A stretch of DNA of 64,000 nt, taken from Chamaesiphon sp. (GTDB lineage Bacteria > Cyanobacteriota > Cyanobacteriia > Cyanobacteriales > Chamaesiphonaceae). The stretch spans positions 1 to 64,000 of the forward strand of contig CBDFFH010000037.1 of NCBI GenBank assembly GCA_965246715.1, in the 5' to 3' direction. The notes below the pieces were generated by a model. That model did no database searches, was not told the origin of the DNA, and worked only from the letters and a program-made list of their open reading frames with translations. Made by a program: the position numbers and the translations under genes. Below, piece by piece: positions 1 to 9,268 of this stretch. Position 1 is the first letter of the stretch, and each line of letters opens with the position of its first letter.

Positions 1-484
1 TGCCGAAGTTCCGTCCACAATTCGCCCTGCTATCCCGTCCGACACTCCGGCGTTGCTCGACCTAGCGATCGCAGCGGGGATGTTTCTGCCTACCGAGGTC
101 GATTTCCTCCAGGAAGTATTGGATAATTGTCCTGCCGACCATCGAGTCGAGATTTGGTCGGACGACCCTAGTGGCTTGCCGATTGGAGTGGTATATTTTG
201 GCCCGAACGCCATGTCCAACCGCACATGGGATCTGTGGATGATTGCCGTCGCACCAGAACGCCAGGGACAGGGCATCGGTGGCGAGCTGCTGCGGTTCGT
301 AGAGGCACATGCCCGTGCGGGTGGCGGTCGATTGTTGATTATCGAAACCAGTTCTCTGCCAAAGTACGATGGGACTCGTGCGTTTTATCGCAAGTATGGA
401 TATAAAGAGGTCGGTCGCATCCCAGACTTCTATGCGGATGGGGATAGCAAGGCTATTTATATGAAGCGGATAGCGGAAAATTAA
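1..484 (+). CDS. GNAT family N-acetyltransferase (5' end outside window)
   Basis: Acetyl-CoA motif QGQGIGGELL and FYRKYGY; the frame is open from position 2, so the true start lies upstream. Confidence 0.85.
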   Translation, partial: AEVPSTIRPAIPSDTPALLDLAIAAGMFLPTEVDFLQEVLDNCPADHRVEIWSDDPSGLPIGVVYFGPNAMSNRTWDLWMIAVAPERQGQGIGGELLRFVEAHARAGGGRLLIIETSSLPKYDGTRAFYRKYGYKEVGRIPDFYADGDSKAIYMKRIAEN

Positions 485-542
485 CCGCATCTGAGCTACC
501 TGTCCCGAAACCCAAGCAACTAAAATCCCAAAGGGCAAAAAT

Positions 543-929
543 ATGAAATTTGGCTACACGATTATCTATGTCTCGTCAGTAGCGGAGACATTAGGCTTTT
601 ACAAAGACGCATTCGGCTTTGAGACGCGTCTTTTAGTTGAATCAGGCGAGTATGGTGAATTAAATACAGGCGAAACAGTGCTAGCTTTTGCCGCACATGA
701 AATGGGTCAAATGAATCTGGGCGGACACTATCAAAAAACCGATCCCCAGGCTGTGCCTTTTGGCGTTGAATTGGCATTTGTCACCGATCATGTCGAAGCA
801 GCTTATACCAAGGCAGTTGCTGCTGGTGCAGTTGCGATCGCCGAACCTAGGACAAAGCCTTGGGGTCAAGTGGTGGCGTATGTTCGGGCGAAAGAAGGAT
901 CGTTAATTGAGCTTTGTTCTCCAATCTAA
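543..929 (+). CDS. VOC/glyoxalase family protein
   Basis: IYVSSV..FYKDAFG N-terminus and PWGQVVAYVR..GSLIEL C-terminus. Confidence 0.9.
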   Translation: MKFGYTIIYVSSVAETLGFYKDAFGFETRLLVESGEYGELNTGETVLAFAAHEMGQMNLGGHYQKTDPQAVPFGVELAFVTDHVEAAYTKAVAAGAVAIAEPRTKPWGQVVAYVRAKEGSLIELCSPI

Positions 930-1031
930 ACACTTGGCTACGATCGGCAAAAGGTCGGGTCTTAAATCCTTCAAGCATCGCTGACGACTTATTTTTCGGT
1001 AGTTCATATCATTAACCAATTACAACGGAGA

Positions 1032-1667
1032 TTGACAATGACGATCGACCTTTATACCTACGGCACACCCAACGGACGCAAAATTTCGATTATGTTGGAA
1101 GAAGTTGGCATCGCTTACAACACTCATAAAATCGATATCGGTAAGGGCGAACAGTTTAGCGAAGAGTTTTTGGCACTCAATCCCAACGGTAAAATTCCGG
1201 CGATCGTCGATCGGGAAACCGGAATTAGTGTCTTCGAGTCGGGTGCTATTCTCATTTACCTCGCCGAGAAGACTGGTAAACTACTCCCTACTGAGCTATC
1301 AGCACGGTTTGATGTGTTGCAGTGGCTGATGTGGCAGATGGGCGGCTTCGGGCCGATGTTTGGGCAGTTGAGTCACTTTGTCCGCTCTGCCCCAGAAAAA
1401 CTCCCCTATCCGATCGATCGCTACAAAAAGGAAGTCCAACGGCTCACGGCTGTGTTGGAAAAGCAGTTAACAAATCGGGAGTTTATCTGTGGCGACTACT
1501 CGATCGCGGATATTGCCATTTTCCCCTGGGTTAAAGGCTATGAATTCCTCAAAGGTAGCGAAGTTTTAGCGGGGTTCGCGCTCGATGAATATCCAAATGT
1601 CCTGCGGTGGAGTCAAATGTTGGAACAACGTCCAGCCGTTCAGCGCGGGATGGCAGTACCAGAGTAG
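1032..1667 (+). CDS. Glutathione S-transferase (YfcG/Nu-like)
   Basis: TPNG, NPNGKIP, FESGAIL and YSIADIA motifs; start may be ATG 1038. Confidence 0.9.
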   Translation: MTMTIDLYTYGTPNGRKISIMLEEVGIAYNTHKIDIGKGEQFSEEFLALNPNGKIPAIVDRETGISVFESGAILIYLAEKTGKLLPTELSARFDVLQWLMWQMGGFGPMFGQLSHFVRSAPEKLPYPIDRYKKEVQRLTAVLEKQLTNREFICGDYSIADIAIFPWVKGYEFLKGSEVLAGFALDEYPNVLRWSQMLEQRPAVQRGMAVPE

Positions 1668-1708
1668 CAAATCAGTTGGGTTGAGGATATTTGCGCCGCT
1701 TTAACACC

Positions 1709-1815
1709 GCCCTCGATTGAAATCGGGGCTAACAATCCAAAGTCCGCCTACGCGAACTATGATTCCTAACCCGCGCAGACGGGTTTTGCAGCACTAGCAG
1801 CGATTTTAACCGCTG
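1709..1815. repeat. Multi-hairpin intergenic REP-like repeat
   Basis: Hairpins CGATTGAAATCG, AGTCCGCCTACGCGAACT, AACCCGCGCAGACGGGTT and CAGCGATTTTAACCGCTG in symmetric order. Confidence 0.6.
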
Positions 1816-1864
1816 ACTTGTCGATCCTTATCCAGAGCAACAGTCAACCGATCGGGAGGGCATA

Positions 1865-2266
1865 GTGAGTAATTTAGGTGGCTGCCTTTGTGGAGCATTA
1901 CGGTATCAGGTTAATGATAAACCGATCGATAGTGGCTATTGCCATTGCCGGATCTGCCAGCGATCGGCAGGTGCTCCGGTTTTGGCATGGGCAACTTTTT
2001 CGGTTCAGGCATTTATTTATACACAAGGTATACCTTCGGTTTATCGATCTACCCCCCAATATCAACGGGAATTTTGTGGCAGTTGTGGCACCCAAATTGC
2101 TTTTCGCCAGATCGAAGGCGCAACGACAGTTGATGTTACCATTGCCAGTCTCGACGATCCGGCACTACTACCACCCGCTTACCATATCTGGACTCTGAGC
2201 CAAATTCCTTGGTTCGATCCGCTAGATGAGCTACCACGGTACAAGGACTCTGGGCCAGATCGTTAG
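1865..2266 (+). CDS. GFA/CENP-V family Zn-binding protein
   Basis: GGCLCG, CHCRIC and FCGSCG motifs. Confidence 0.9.
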   Translation: MSNLGGCLCGALRYQVNDKPIDSGYCHCRICQRSAGAPVLAWATFSVQAFIYTQGIPSVYRSTPQYQREFCGSCGTQIAFRQIEGATTVDVTIASLDDPALLPPAYHIWTLSQIPWFDPLDELPRYKDSGPDR

Positions 2267-2299
2267 ATGGATTGTTCGGTCGATTTTAGGAGCTGTATT

Positions 2300-2764
2300 G
2301 TGAGCATAAACTATCGAGTTGCGGCGATCGCCGATCTTGCTACTCTGTTGGAGTTCGTTCGAGAATTTCACCTCAATGAAAACTTGCCATTTGATGAAAG
2401 TATCGATCGCGAGGTTCTCAAGCATTTCTTGGCTGATGCTTCTTTTGGTCGAGCGTGGTTCATTCAGCAAGCAGATGAGGCGATCGGCTACATTATTTTG
2501 ACGTTAGGATACAGCTTAGAGTATCGGGGACGAGATGCCTTTATTGACGAGCTTTATCTCCGCCCCCAGTATCGCGGGCAAGGGATTGGCACTCAGACGC
2601 TGGCATTTGCTGAGGATGCCTGCCAAGAGTTGGGAGTTCGAGCACTGCATTTGGAGGTAGATTTTGAAAATCCAGATGCCCAACGTCTCTATCACAAAAA
2701 GGGGTATCAACGTCATCAGCGTTTTCTCATGACTAAACATTTGTTGGTAGCTCCTTTGTTGTGA
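2300..2764 (+). CDS. GNAT family N-acetyltransferase
   Basis: YRGQGIG motif; GTG at 2300 follows an AGGAG RBS. Confidence 0.85.
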   Translation: MSINYRVAAIADLATLLEFVREFHLNENLPFDESIDREVLKHFLADASFGRAWFIQQADEAIGYIILTLGYSLEYRGRDAFIDELYLRPQYRGQGIGTQTLAFAEDACQELGVRALHLEVDFENPDAQRLYHKKGYQRHQRFLMTKHLLVAPLL

Positions 2765-2858
2765 TACCAATTTATGTTGAATCGATCGATTATGCTAAAG
2801 AGGACATCTAAGATGAGCGATGAATAGCATAGCTGGGAAATTGTAGACAAGCAAACTG

Positions 2859-3332
2859 ATGGTAAAGGTTCACTTACGCAAAATTACTCGCGACAATCTG
2901 CGATCGTGTCTGAGTCTTCAGGTGCATGATTCGCAGCTAAGTCTAGTTGCCACACCCGCACAGTCACTAGCCGAAGCTTACGTCGATTCAAATCTGTTTC
3001 CCTTGGCGATTTATGATGTGGCGGCATGTGGCTACGAACAGCCTGAGGTGCCTGTAATTGGCTTTCTGATGTATGAGATTGTCGCGGGAGTCGGATTCAT
3101 CATGCGGTTGACGATCGATCGTCAGTATCAGCGTCAAGGTTATGGACGAGCCGCGATGACTGAAATAATTCGTCGTCTCAAATTGTGTCTTGATGTAGAA
3201 ATAATTGCCACCAGTTATCGCAAAGAAAATGAAGTAGCTGCTGGGTTATATCGAAGTTTAGGATTTCGGGAATGGGACATCTCCTTTGCCACAGCTCACC
3301 CAACAGAGGTTTATGTAAAACTGGAAGAATAG
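2859..3332 (+). CDS. GNAT N-acetyltransferase (spermidine/spermine acetyltransferase-like)
   Basis: SLAEAY, YQRQGYG and N..A..LYRSLGF motifs. Confidence 0.85.
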   Translation: MVKVHLRKITRDNLRSCLSLQVHDSQLSLVATPAQSLAEAYVDSNLFPLAIYDVAACGYEQPEVPVIGFLMYEIVAGVGFIMRLTIDRQYQRQGYGRAAMTEIIRRLKLCLDVEIIATSYRKENEVAAGLYRSLGFREWDISFATAHPTEVYVKLEE

Positions 3333-3397
3333 GAATGCTACCCGCTCGACAATATTGTGTCAGTAATTCTAGTTCTTGAAAACTCCCCATCGCCCCC

Positions 3398-3634
3398 ATG
3401 CAAATTGACACCTTCAGTCGAATGTCACTGTTTTCTAACCTGAATGACGAGCAGTTGCAGTGCATCGCCGGACTGGGCAGCGAAATCGCGATCGATCGCG
3501 GCACGCAAATTGCCAAACAAGGCGATCCGGCACTATCACCACCCGCGTATCATATCTGGACTCAGAGTCAAATTCCTTGGTTCGATCTGCTAGATGAGCT
3601 ACCACGGTACAAGGACTCCGGGCCAGATCGTTGA
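3398..3634 (+). pseudogene. Chimeric ORF: cNMP-kinase N-terminus fused to GFA C-terminus
   Basis: First 44 aa match the 14714 protein, last ~35 aa match the 1865 protein; junction CGATCCG at 3523-3529. Confidence 0.85.
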
Positions 3635-3695
3635 TGGATCGTTTTAATCGCCGAAGCGGTTTTTTTAGAAGAACAACGTACCAAAGGGGAACCAA

Positions 3696-3986
3696 ATGTC
3701 ACTGATAATTATCGCCACGATCGAAGCTAAACTAGGCATGGAAGCGCAAATGCGCCAGGACTTACTGAGTCTGCTGCCACCGACTAGGGAGGAATCAGGT
3801 TGTATCACCTTCGATCTGCTGACCGATCCCAAAAATCCTGCCATTTTTGTCCTCTACGAAATTTGGGAAAGCCAAGCCGCTTTGGATATTCACTTCCAAA
3901 TGCCTTATGTCAAAAAGGTTGTAGAATCCTACGAACTTACTTTAGCCGTACCGATTCAGGCAATGTTTTTAGAAAAAATCGATTGA
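3696..3986 (+). CDS. ABM family protein (putative quinol monooxygenase)
   Basis: TREESGC..FDL, FVLYEIWES and H..PY motifs. Confidence 0.9.
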   Translation: MSLIIIATIEAKLGMEAQMRQDLLSLLPPTREESGCITFDLLTDPKNPAIFVLYEIWESQAALDIHFQMPYVKKVVESYELTLAVPIQAMFLEKID

Positions 3987-4062
3987 GAAAAGTCAGGGCA
4001 ATAGGTCTGCTACTGGGCTAGATTCCCACCATCGATCGTTAACGTCTCGAACAGCAGTTAGA

Positions 4063-4530
4063 ATGCTCCAACTCACGATCGAATTTGCAAATCTGTTTCT
4101 CGCTGGCTTGTTCGCTGGCGAAGAACTGGCGATCTGTTATGGCGTTCGCACATCGCTCGCCAAACTAGATGACCAGCCGCAGACACAACTTCGTCAGTCA
4201 CTCATCCGCAAATTACGCGTACTCGTCCCGGCGATCTTTGTCCCCACTGCTGTGTCCAGTATGATAGCGATCGCTCTGGCTGGAGCTAGCCCTGGCTTTG
4301 GCTTCCGTTGTGCGGGTTTGCTGTTGCTACTGGTGTGGGCGGCGATCGCCTTTCTCGGAACTGTACCCATCAACCAGGCGGTGCTCGATTGGCAGTTAGA
4401 GGCTCTACCAGATGACTGGAAATCGATCGTCGATCGGTGGGAACGCTTGGACGTTGGTCGCTGCTGGGCAGCAGTCATATCGTTTGCCTGTGTGCTAATC
4501 GCTGTCGCGCTGAGGTCGAGTGGAAACTGA
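4063..4530 (+). CDS. DUF1772/anthrone oxygenase-like membrane protein
   Basis: Hydrophobic helices with VPIN..W..P.DW...RW..R pattern. Confidence 0.75.
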   Translation: MLQLTIEFANLFLAGLFAGEELAICYGVRTSLAKLDDQPQTQLRQSLIRKLRVLVPAIFVPTAVSSMIAIALAGASPGFGFRCAGLLLLLVWAAIAFLGTVPINQAVLDWQLEALPDDWKSIVDRWERLDVGRCWAAVISFACVLIAVALRSSGN

Positions 4531-4605
4531 ATTTAACCCTTTAACTTCGCCACCATTTCAAGATCGAACTCCCAACCCAAACGATCTCAATCGACGTACC
4601 AGAGG

Positions 4606-5427
4606 TTATTCAAACCAAAAAGCAGAAGTAGACAGACTATGTTGAAACCCTGAATGCAATTTGATGACCTTACTGTCGTCGATCGACTCTCGCTCTGCCG
4701 CTCCCATTGCCACAATTAGTGGTAGAAAATGCTCGATCGTGGGGTGAGCGAGAGCATAAAATTCATGGGCTTGAAAATCTAGTAGAGCGGCTATTTTTTC
4801 TTGCCCAGTTCGATCGATTAAGATATCTGTCACCCATTTATCGAAAGCTTGACTCCATGTTGTAGACACATTTGAATCCGCTCCAGTCAAATATCCTCGG
4901 CGGAATTCTGCCTGATTATGCGTAACTCCGCCGCTACAAATAATTAGTACGCCATCATCCCGCAAGGTTTGTAGAGTTTGACCTAATTTAAAATGCAACA
5001 GTGGATTGAAACCTTGTTGCAATGAAACCTGCAAAATCGGGATTTGGGGCTGGGGAAACATCAGTGAGAGCGGAATCCAAGCCCCACGATCTAAACCACG
5101 ATTGCGATCGATCCCATTGTCAAAACCTGCGTTAATTAGGCGTTTGACAATTTTGTCAGCAAGTTCTGGAGCACCTTGAGCTGGATATCGATCGGCGTAT
5201 AAAGCCTGAACTGGATGGTCGTGAATCGTGGTGGGCGATTGAGTAGCTGTAACTGAAAATGTTGGCGCAACGAAATGGGCTGATACACAGACGATCGCGC
5301 GAGGTTGGAGCTGTTGCAACATCACGCCAATTTCCTGCAAACGTTGGTGGGTGGGATCTTGTGGATTCGTGGTGTAGACTGAGGCTCCATGGCCAACAAA
5401 AATAACGGGTAATGTTTTCGATGCCAT
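4606..5427 (-). CDS. Class III extradiol dioxygenase (DODA/YgiD-like)
   Basis: IFVGHG, VSAH, SGGVTHN and AHPTIEHFLPL motifs. Confidence 0.9.
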   Translation of the reverse strand: MASKTLPVIFVGHGASVYTTNPQDPTHQRLQEIGVMLQQLQPRAIVCVSAHFVAPTFSVTATQSPTTIHDHPVQALYADRYPAQGAPELADKIVKRLINAGFDNGIDRNRGLDRGAWIPLSLMFPQPQIPILQVSLQQGFNPLLHFKLGQTLQTLRDDGVLIICSGGVTHNQAEFRRGYLTGADSNVSTTWSQAFDKWVTDILIDRTGQEKIAALLDFQAHEFYALAHPTIEHFLPLIVAMGAAERESIDDSKVIKLHSGFQHSLSTSAFWFE

Positions 5428-5465
5428 GAGACTGACCTAAATTAATTTCTGTTGAACGCGATCGA

Positions 5466-6092
5466 TTATGGTGACTTTAATACCTCTAGCCCTTTTGCCA
5501 CAGCAGGACGATCGCCAACTACTTTCACCCAGCGATCGAGTGCAGTCAAGTTTTCGACCCGATTGGCATGGGCGTTACGGATAAAGTTCAGCCCACCCGA
5601 CACCCAAGGATAATTTGCGATATCGGCGATTGAGTAGTCACCAGCGATAAATGTTTTATCTTGTAAATGGCGATCGAGGACATTCAATAGACGTATACTT
5701 TCATCTAAATACCGATTAATCGCGTAGGGTAGCTTTTCCGCTGCCGATTGGGAGAAATGTCCCCATTGACCGATCGCAGGGCCGAGTCCACCGACTTGCC
5801 AAAATGTCCAAGAGAAAGCCTCAGCACGATTTTTAGCTTCAACGGACAAGAGTTTCCCAGATTTTTCCGCCAGGTAGACCAAGATTGCCCCAGACTCAAA
5901 GACTCGCCGATCGTTATCGCGATCGATAATAGCAGGGATTTTGCCATTGGGATTAATCCTCAGGAAAGCCTCTGTATGCTGCTCTCCTTTGCTGATGTTG
6001 ACGGGGAAAAGCTGATAGGGTAGACCGATTTCTTCTAGCATAATCGATGCCTTTTGCCCGTTCGGTGTATTCGCTGTATATAGATCGATCAT
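5466..6092 (-). CDS. Glutathione S-transferase (YfcG/Nu-like)
   Basis: TPNG, NPNGKIP and FESGAIL motifs. Confidence 0.9.
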   Translation of the reverse strand: MIDLYTANTPNGQKASIMLEEIGLPYQLFPVNISKGEQHTEAFLRINPNGKIPAIIDRDNDRRVFESGAILVYLAEKSGKLLSVEAKNRAEAFSWTFWQVGGLGPAIGQWGHFSQSAAEKLPYAINRYLDESIRLLNVLDRHLQDKTFIAGDYSIADIANYPWVSGGLNFIRNAHANRVENLTALDRWVKVVGDRPAVAKGLEVLKSP

Positions 6093-6131
6093 TTTTTTGT
6101 ACCTGCTAAGTTAGATTGCTGCCAAGGGGAT

Positions 6132-6888
6132 CTATAGAATGCCACCATTAGCTTGGATATTTTGTCCTGTCAGCCAATGAGCATCATCACTGACTAAAAA
6201 TGCCACGACATCGGCGACATCACCAGGTTCTCCCAATCGTCCCAGTGGTGTTTGTTGAATCAGTCCATCGATCGCTGCTTGAGGCATAATCAGTCCGTCA
6301 GTATTTGTGACACCTGGGGAAACCACATTCACCGTCACCTGACGATGGCCAATTTCTTTGGACAGGGCAAAGGCAAAACGTTCGCCTGCTGCCTTACTCG
6401 CGGCATAAATGCCACCAGCGGGAATGGGCATCATTGTCCCGCCAGTCGAAAATTGCACGATGCGACCGCCATCTTTGACGCGATTGGCGGCTGCTTGCAA
6501 CATATACATTGCACCTTTGGCGTTAACTGAAAATACTTTCTCAAAGTCTTCGTCATTTAATTCGGTGTGGGGCTTAAATACCGATACTCCTGCAACATTC
6601 ACCACAATGTCGATCGCGCCTAATTTCTGTTCTGTTTCATCAAATAAGCGCAGTACGTCCGCTTTGTTCGCGACACTGCCTTGAATTGCGATCGCCCGTC
6701 CGTCCTGCGATTCAATCTCTTGCACTACAGCTTGAGCTTTGTCGGGAGAAGCAATATAGTTGACTGCGACGGCTGCACCATCTCGACTCAAACGCAAAGC
6801 CACCGCCCGCCCAATGCCTCGCGATGAAGCTGTGACGTTGGCGTAGCCTACCGTAGGTAATCGCTACTTTTCCAGTTAATTTCGTCAT
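6132..6888 (-). pseudogene. SDR oxidoreductase frameshifted by a 22-nt micro-element
   Basis: Removing 6838-6859 restores MTKLTGKVAIVTASSRGIG from ATG 6888; YAASK catalytic motif present. Confidence 0.9.
6838..6859 (-). mobile_element. 22-nt double-hairpin micro-element in a CGATCG site
   Basis: Minus strand reads GCGAT-TACCTACGGTAGGCTACGCCAA-CGT. Confidence 0.9.
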
Positions 6889-6977
6889 TGCTCTGACCTC
6901 CAGTAGGGTTTGTTCTTTGTTGATATGTTTACTCTACATTGTTGTTTTAGAAAGAGTAAGCTAGTTTTTAGAAACAG

Positions 6978-6999
6978 ATTGTTCCAATAGAGCAACAAT
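6978..6999. promoter_or_regulatory. Putative LysR T-N11-A box
   Basis: Dyad ATTGTT-N10-AACAAT between the divergent SDR and LysR genes. Confidence 0.6.
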
Positions 7000-7022
7000 T
7001 TTCAGTAACCGATCGAGGTGTA

Positions 7023-7916
7023 ATGGACGATCTTAATGACATTCTCATCTTTACGAAGGTAGTAGAGAAGGGGAGTTTTACCGCAGCAGCAGAGAGCCTG
7101 ATGCTGCCAAAATCTACGGTGAGCCGATCGCTCTCACGACTCGAAAACCGCCTCAGTACACGACTTCTACAACGATCGACCCGCCGCATGAACCTCACGG
7201 AAATCGGTCGGCGTTACTACGATCGCTGTCGTCAGATTATGCAAGAATTGGAAGCCGCCAATGGCATCGTCGAAAGCTATCGATCGCAACCATCGGGGCT
7301 GCTCCGCATTACCTCGCCCTACATGCTCGGACAAGCTTTTTTAGGCGCGATTGTGGCAGAATTTTTAGCCACATACCCCGATGTTCGATGCCAAGTCGAA
7401 CTATCAAATCGCCGGATCGATCTCATTGAAGAGGGCTTCGATCTAGCTCTGCGGGTGGGTAGTTTACCAGATAGTTCGCTCATCATGACTCGCTTAGGGC
7501 AAGTAAACGCCAGCCTTTTTGCCAGTTCTAGCTATTTGGCAAAGCATGGGATTCCTCAAACCCCCAGCGAACTTCACCGTCATATCCTACTGGATTTGGG
7601 CACTAGTGTGGTGAAAAATCGGACACTTACACATGGGTTAGATCGGACTGAAATTGCGATTTTGCCGCGATTGGTTTGTAATGATGCAGACATCTTATTA
7701 GATGCGGCGATCGCGCACCAAGGCATTGCCGTTTTGCCCCAATTTGTCGCCCAAGATGCGATCGCCCAGGATCGACTCGAACCAGTTTTACCAGAATGGC
7801 ACGTTCATCAAGTCGATATCAATGCGCTATATCCATCCTATAAGGATCTCTCGCCAACGGTTAGTGCGTTTGTCGATTTGGCAAAAAACTGTTTAAAGAA
7901 AGTTTTGGGCTGTTAA
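7023..7916 (+). CDS. LysR family regulator (CrgA-like)
   Basis: N-terminal HTH SFTAAAESL..STVSR..RSTR and DLIEEGFDLALR. Confidence 0.95.
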   Translation: MDDLNDILIFTKVVEKGSFTAAAESLMLPKSTVSRSLSRLENRLSTRLLQRSTRRMNLTEIGRRYYDRCRQIMQELEAANGIVESYRSQPSGLLRITSPYMLGQAFLGAIVAEFLATYPDVRCQVELSNRRIDLIEEGFDLALRVGSLPDSSLIMTRLGQVNASLFASSSYLAKHGIPQTPSELHRHILLDLGTSVVKNRTLTHGLDRTEIAILPRLVCNDADILLDAAIAHQGIAVLPQFVAQDAIAQDRLEPVLPEWHVHQVDINALYPSYKDLSPTVSAFVDLAKNCLKKVLGC

Positions 7917-8039
7917 AAGTTGGGCGATCGATCCCAGACGAGATCTGCGGCTCAGGGTGCAAGCCTATGAAAGTGGCAATTCTGCCGATCGGGGTCTGAT
8001 TGGTTTGCCATAGCCGTCGAATGATGGCCGATCGGGAAT

Positions 8040-8157
8040 GATATGGAGAAAGTTTCAGCCTATTCCGTCCTCTGAAATGATATGTAGAAAATTTCTGTCT
8101 ATCCTGTCAATTCGGGTAGATATGTGGAAAATTTCCATATAATAATAGTTGTGCTGC
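8040..8157 (+). repeat. Three 23-bp palindromes ending in a GTT core (attI-like or long attC-like site)
   Basis: Units near 8040, 8079 and 8119 (ATATG.GGAAA.TTTCC..TAT-like), then AATAATA-GTTGTGC; homologous to 37628-37778. Confidence 0.65.
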
Positions 8158-8303
8158 TTGCATTTCGGGTGATGGCATTGCTTTGAAAGGCATCTGTCGA
8201 TGTTCAAGGCTAAAATGTTTTGAAGTTGTCAGTGAGAGCAAAATTTCGAGCAGATTCCTGGTTCTACATTAAAGTTTGACTCAAAAGCTGATAAAACAAG
8301 CTT

Positions 8304-9119
8304 ATGCAAGACTCTAGACAAGAAATAAATGCCAGAGCTTCTATAGATTTGGAACAGCGAAGGAATTGGTATTCTCCTGTTGCTGATGTTTATTACAATG
8401 CCAGACCACAATACCCGAAGGAACTAATCGATCGGTCTGTCGTTTTAGCGCAACTTTCCTCAGATACAACGATTCTTGAGGTCGGTTGTGGACCAGGGAA
8501 TGCGACGGTGGCTTTTGCTCGATCTGGTTTTTCAATGACGTGTCTTGAGCCAAACCAGGATTTTTGTCATTTGGCACAACACAACTGTAAGCCATATCCA
8601 AACGTTGGAATTCACAACACCTCATTTGAGGACTGGGAACTGGAAGCAAAACAGTTCAATGCCGTTCTATCTGCTAATGCTTTTCACTGGATACCGCCAG
8701 AGATTCGATATACCAAGGCAGCGGCGGCATTACGCGACGATGGGTTTCTCATCCTGCTATGGAATCTGACCCCTGAACCAAACTATGAAGTTTACCAAGC
8801 GATTGAGGAAGTGTATCAAGCTTATGCTCCCTCATTTGTCCGATATGAAGGTGCGAAGATTCAAGCAGAGATTTTGAGGGGGTTTGGGCAAGAGATTTTA
8901 GACTCCTGTTGTTTTAAGGAGTTGGTCGTTGAGCAAACTGCGAGTGAAGTCACCTATAGCATTGATGATTATCTCAATCTTTTAAGTACCTTGCGGAGAC
9001 TGGAGCCACAAGCGAAAGAGTTACTTTTTGCAGGATTGCGGGAGAAGCTAGAAAAATTTGGAGATAGCGTACAACTCTCGTTTCTTTCTTCTGTTCATGT
9101 TGCCCGCAAAGACAGCTAA
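8304..9119 (+). CDS. Class I SAM-dependent methyltransferase
   Basis: ARPQYP, LEVGCGPG and NAFHW motifs. Confidence 0.9.
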   Translation: MQDSRQEINARASIDLEQRRNWYSPVADVYYNARPQYPKELIDRSVVLAQLSSDTTILEVGCGPGNATVAFARSGFSMTCLEPNQDFCHLAQHNCKPYPNVGIHNTSFEDWELEAKQFNAVLSANAFHWIPPEIRYTKAAAALRDDGFLILLWNLTPEPNYEVYQAIEEVYQAYAPSFVRYEGAKIQAEILRGFGQEILDSCCFKELVVEQTASEVTYSIDDYLNLLSTLRRLEPQAKELLFAGLREKLEKFGDSVQLSFLSSVHVARKDS

Positions 9120-9141
9120 ACTGCTGAGGTCGGATAACGCG

Positions 9142-9228
9142 GAAGAACAACCCGGTTGGAGCGGACGTGCAAAGCCTCTTCGTCAATCGTTTAAGTGGGT
9201 TGGTTGCCGATCAACCGGAACGTTAGAC
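9142..9228 (+). other. attC recombination site
   Basis: GAAGAAC-AACCCGGTTGGAGCGGAC...GCCGATCAACCGGAAC-GTTAGAC; 87-bp imperfect palindrome with two bulged bases. Confidence 0.75.
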
Positions 9229-9268
9229 CGCAAAACGAGTAGAAATCAGGATGTTAAAAGTTGGGTAT

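Noticed and set aside
8040..8143. CRISPR array (also 37643-37778)
   Set aside because: Units are degenerate, spacers are only ~9-18 nt, and there are no cas genes in the window.
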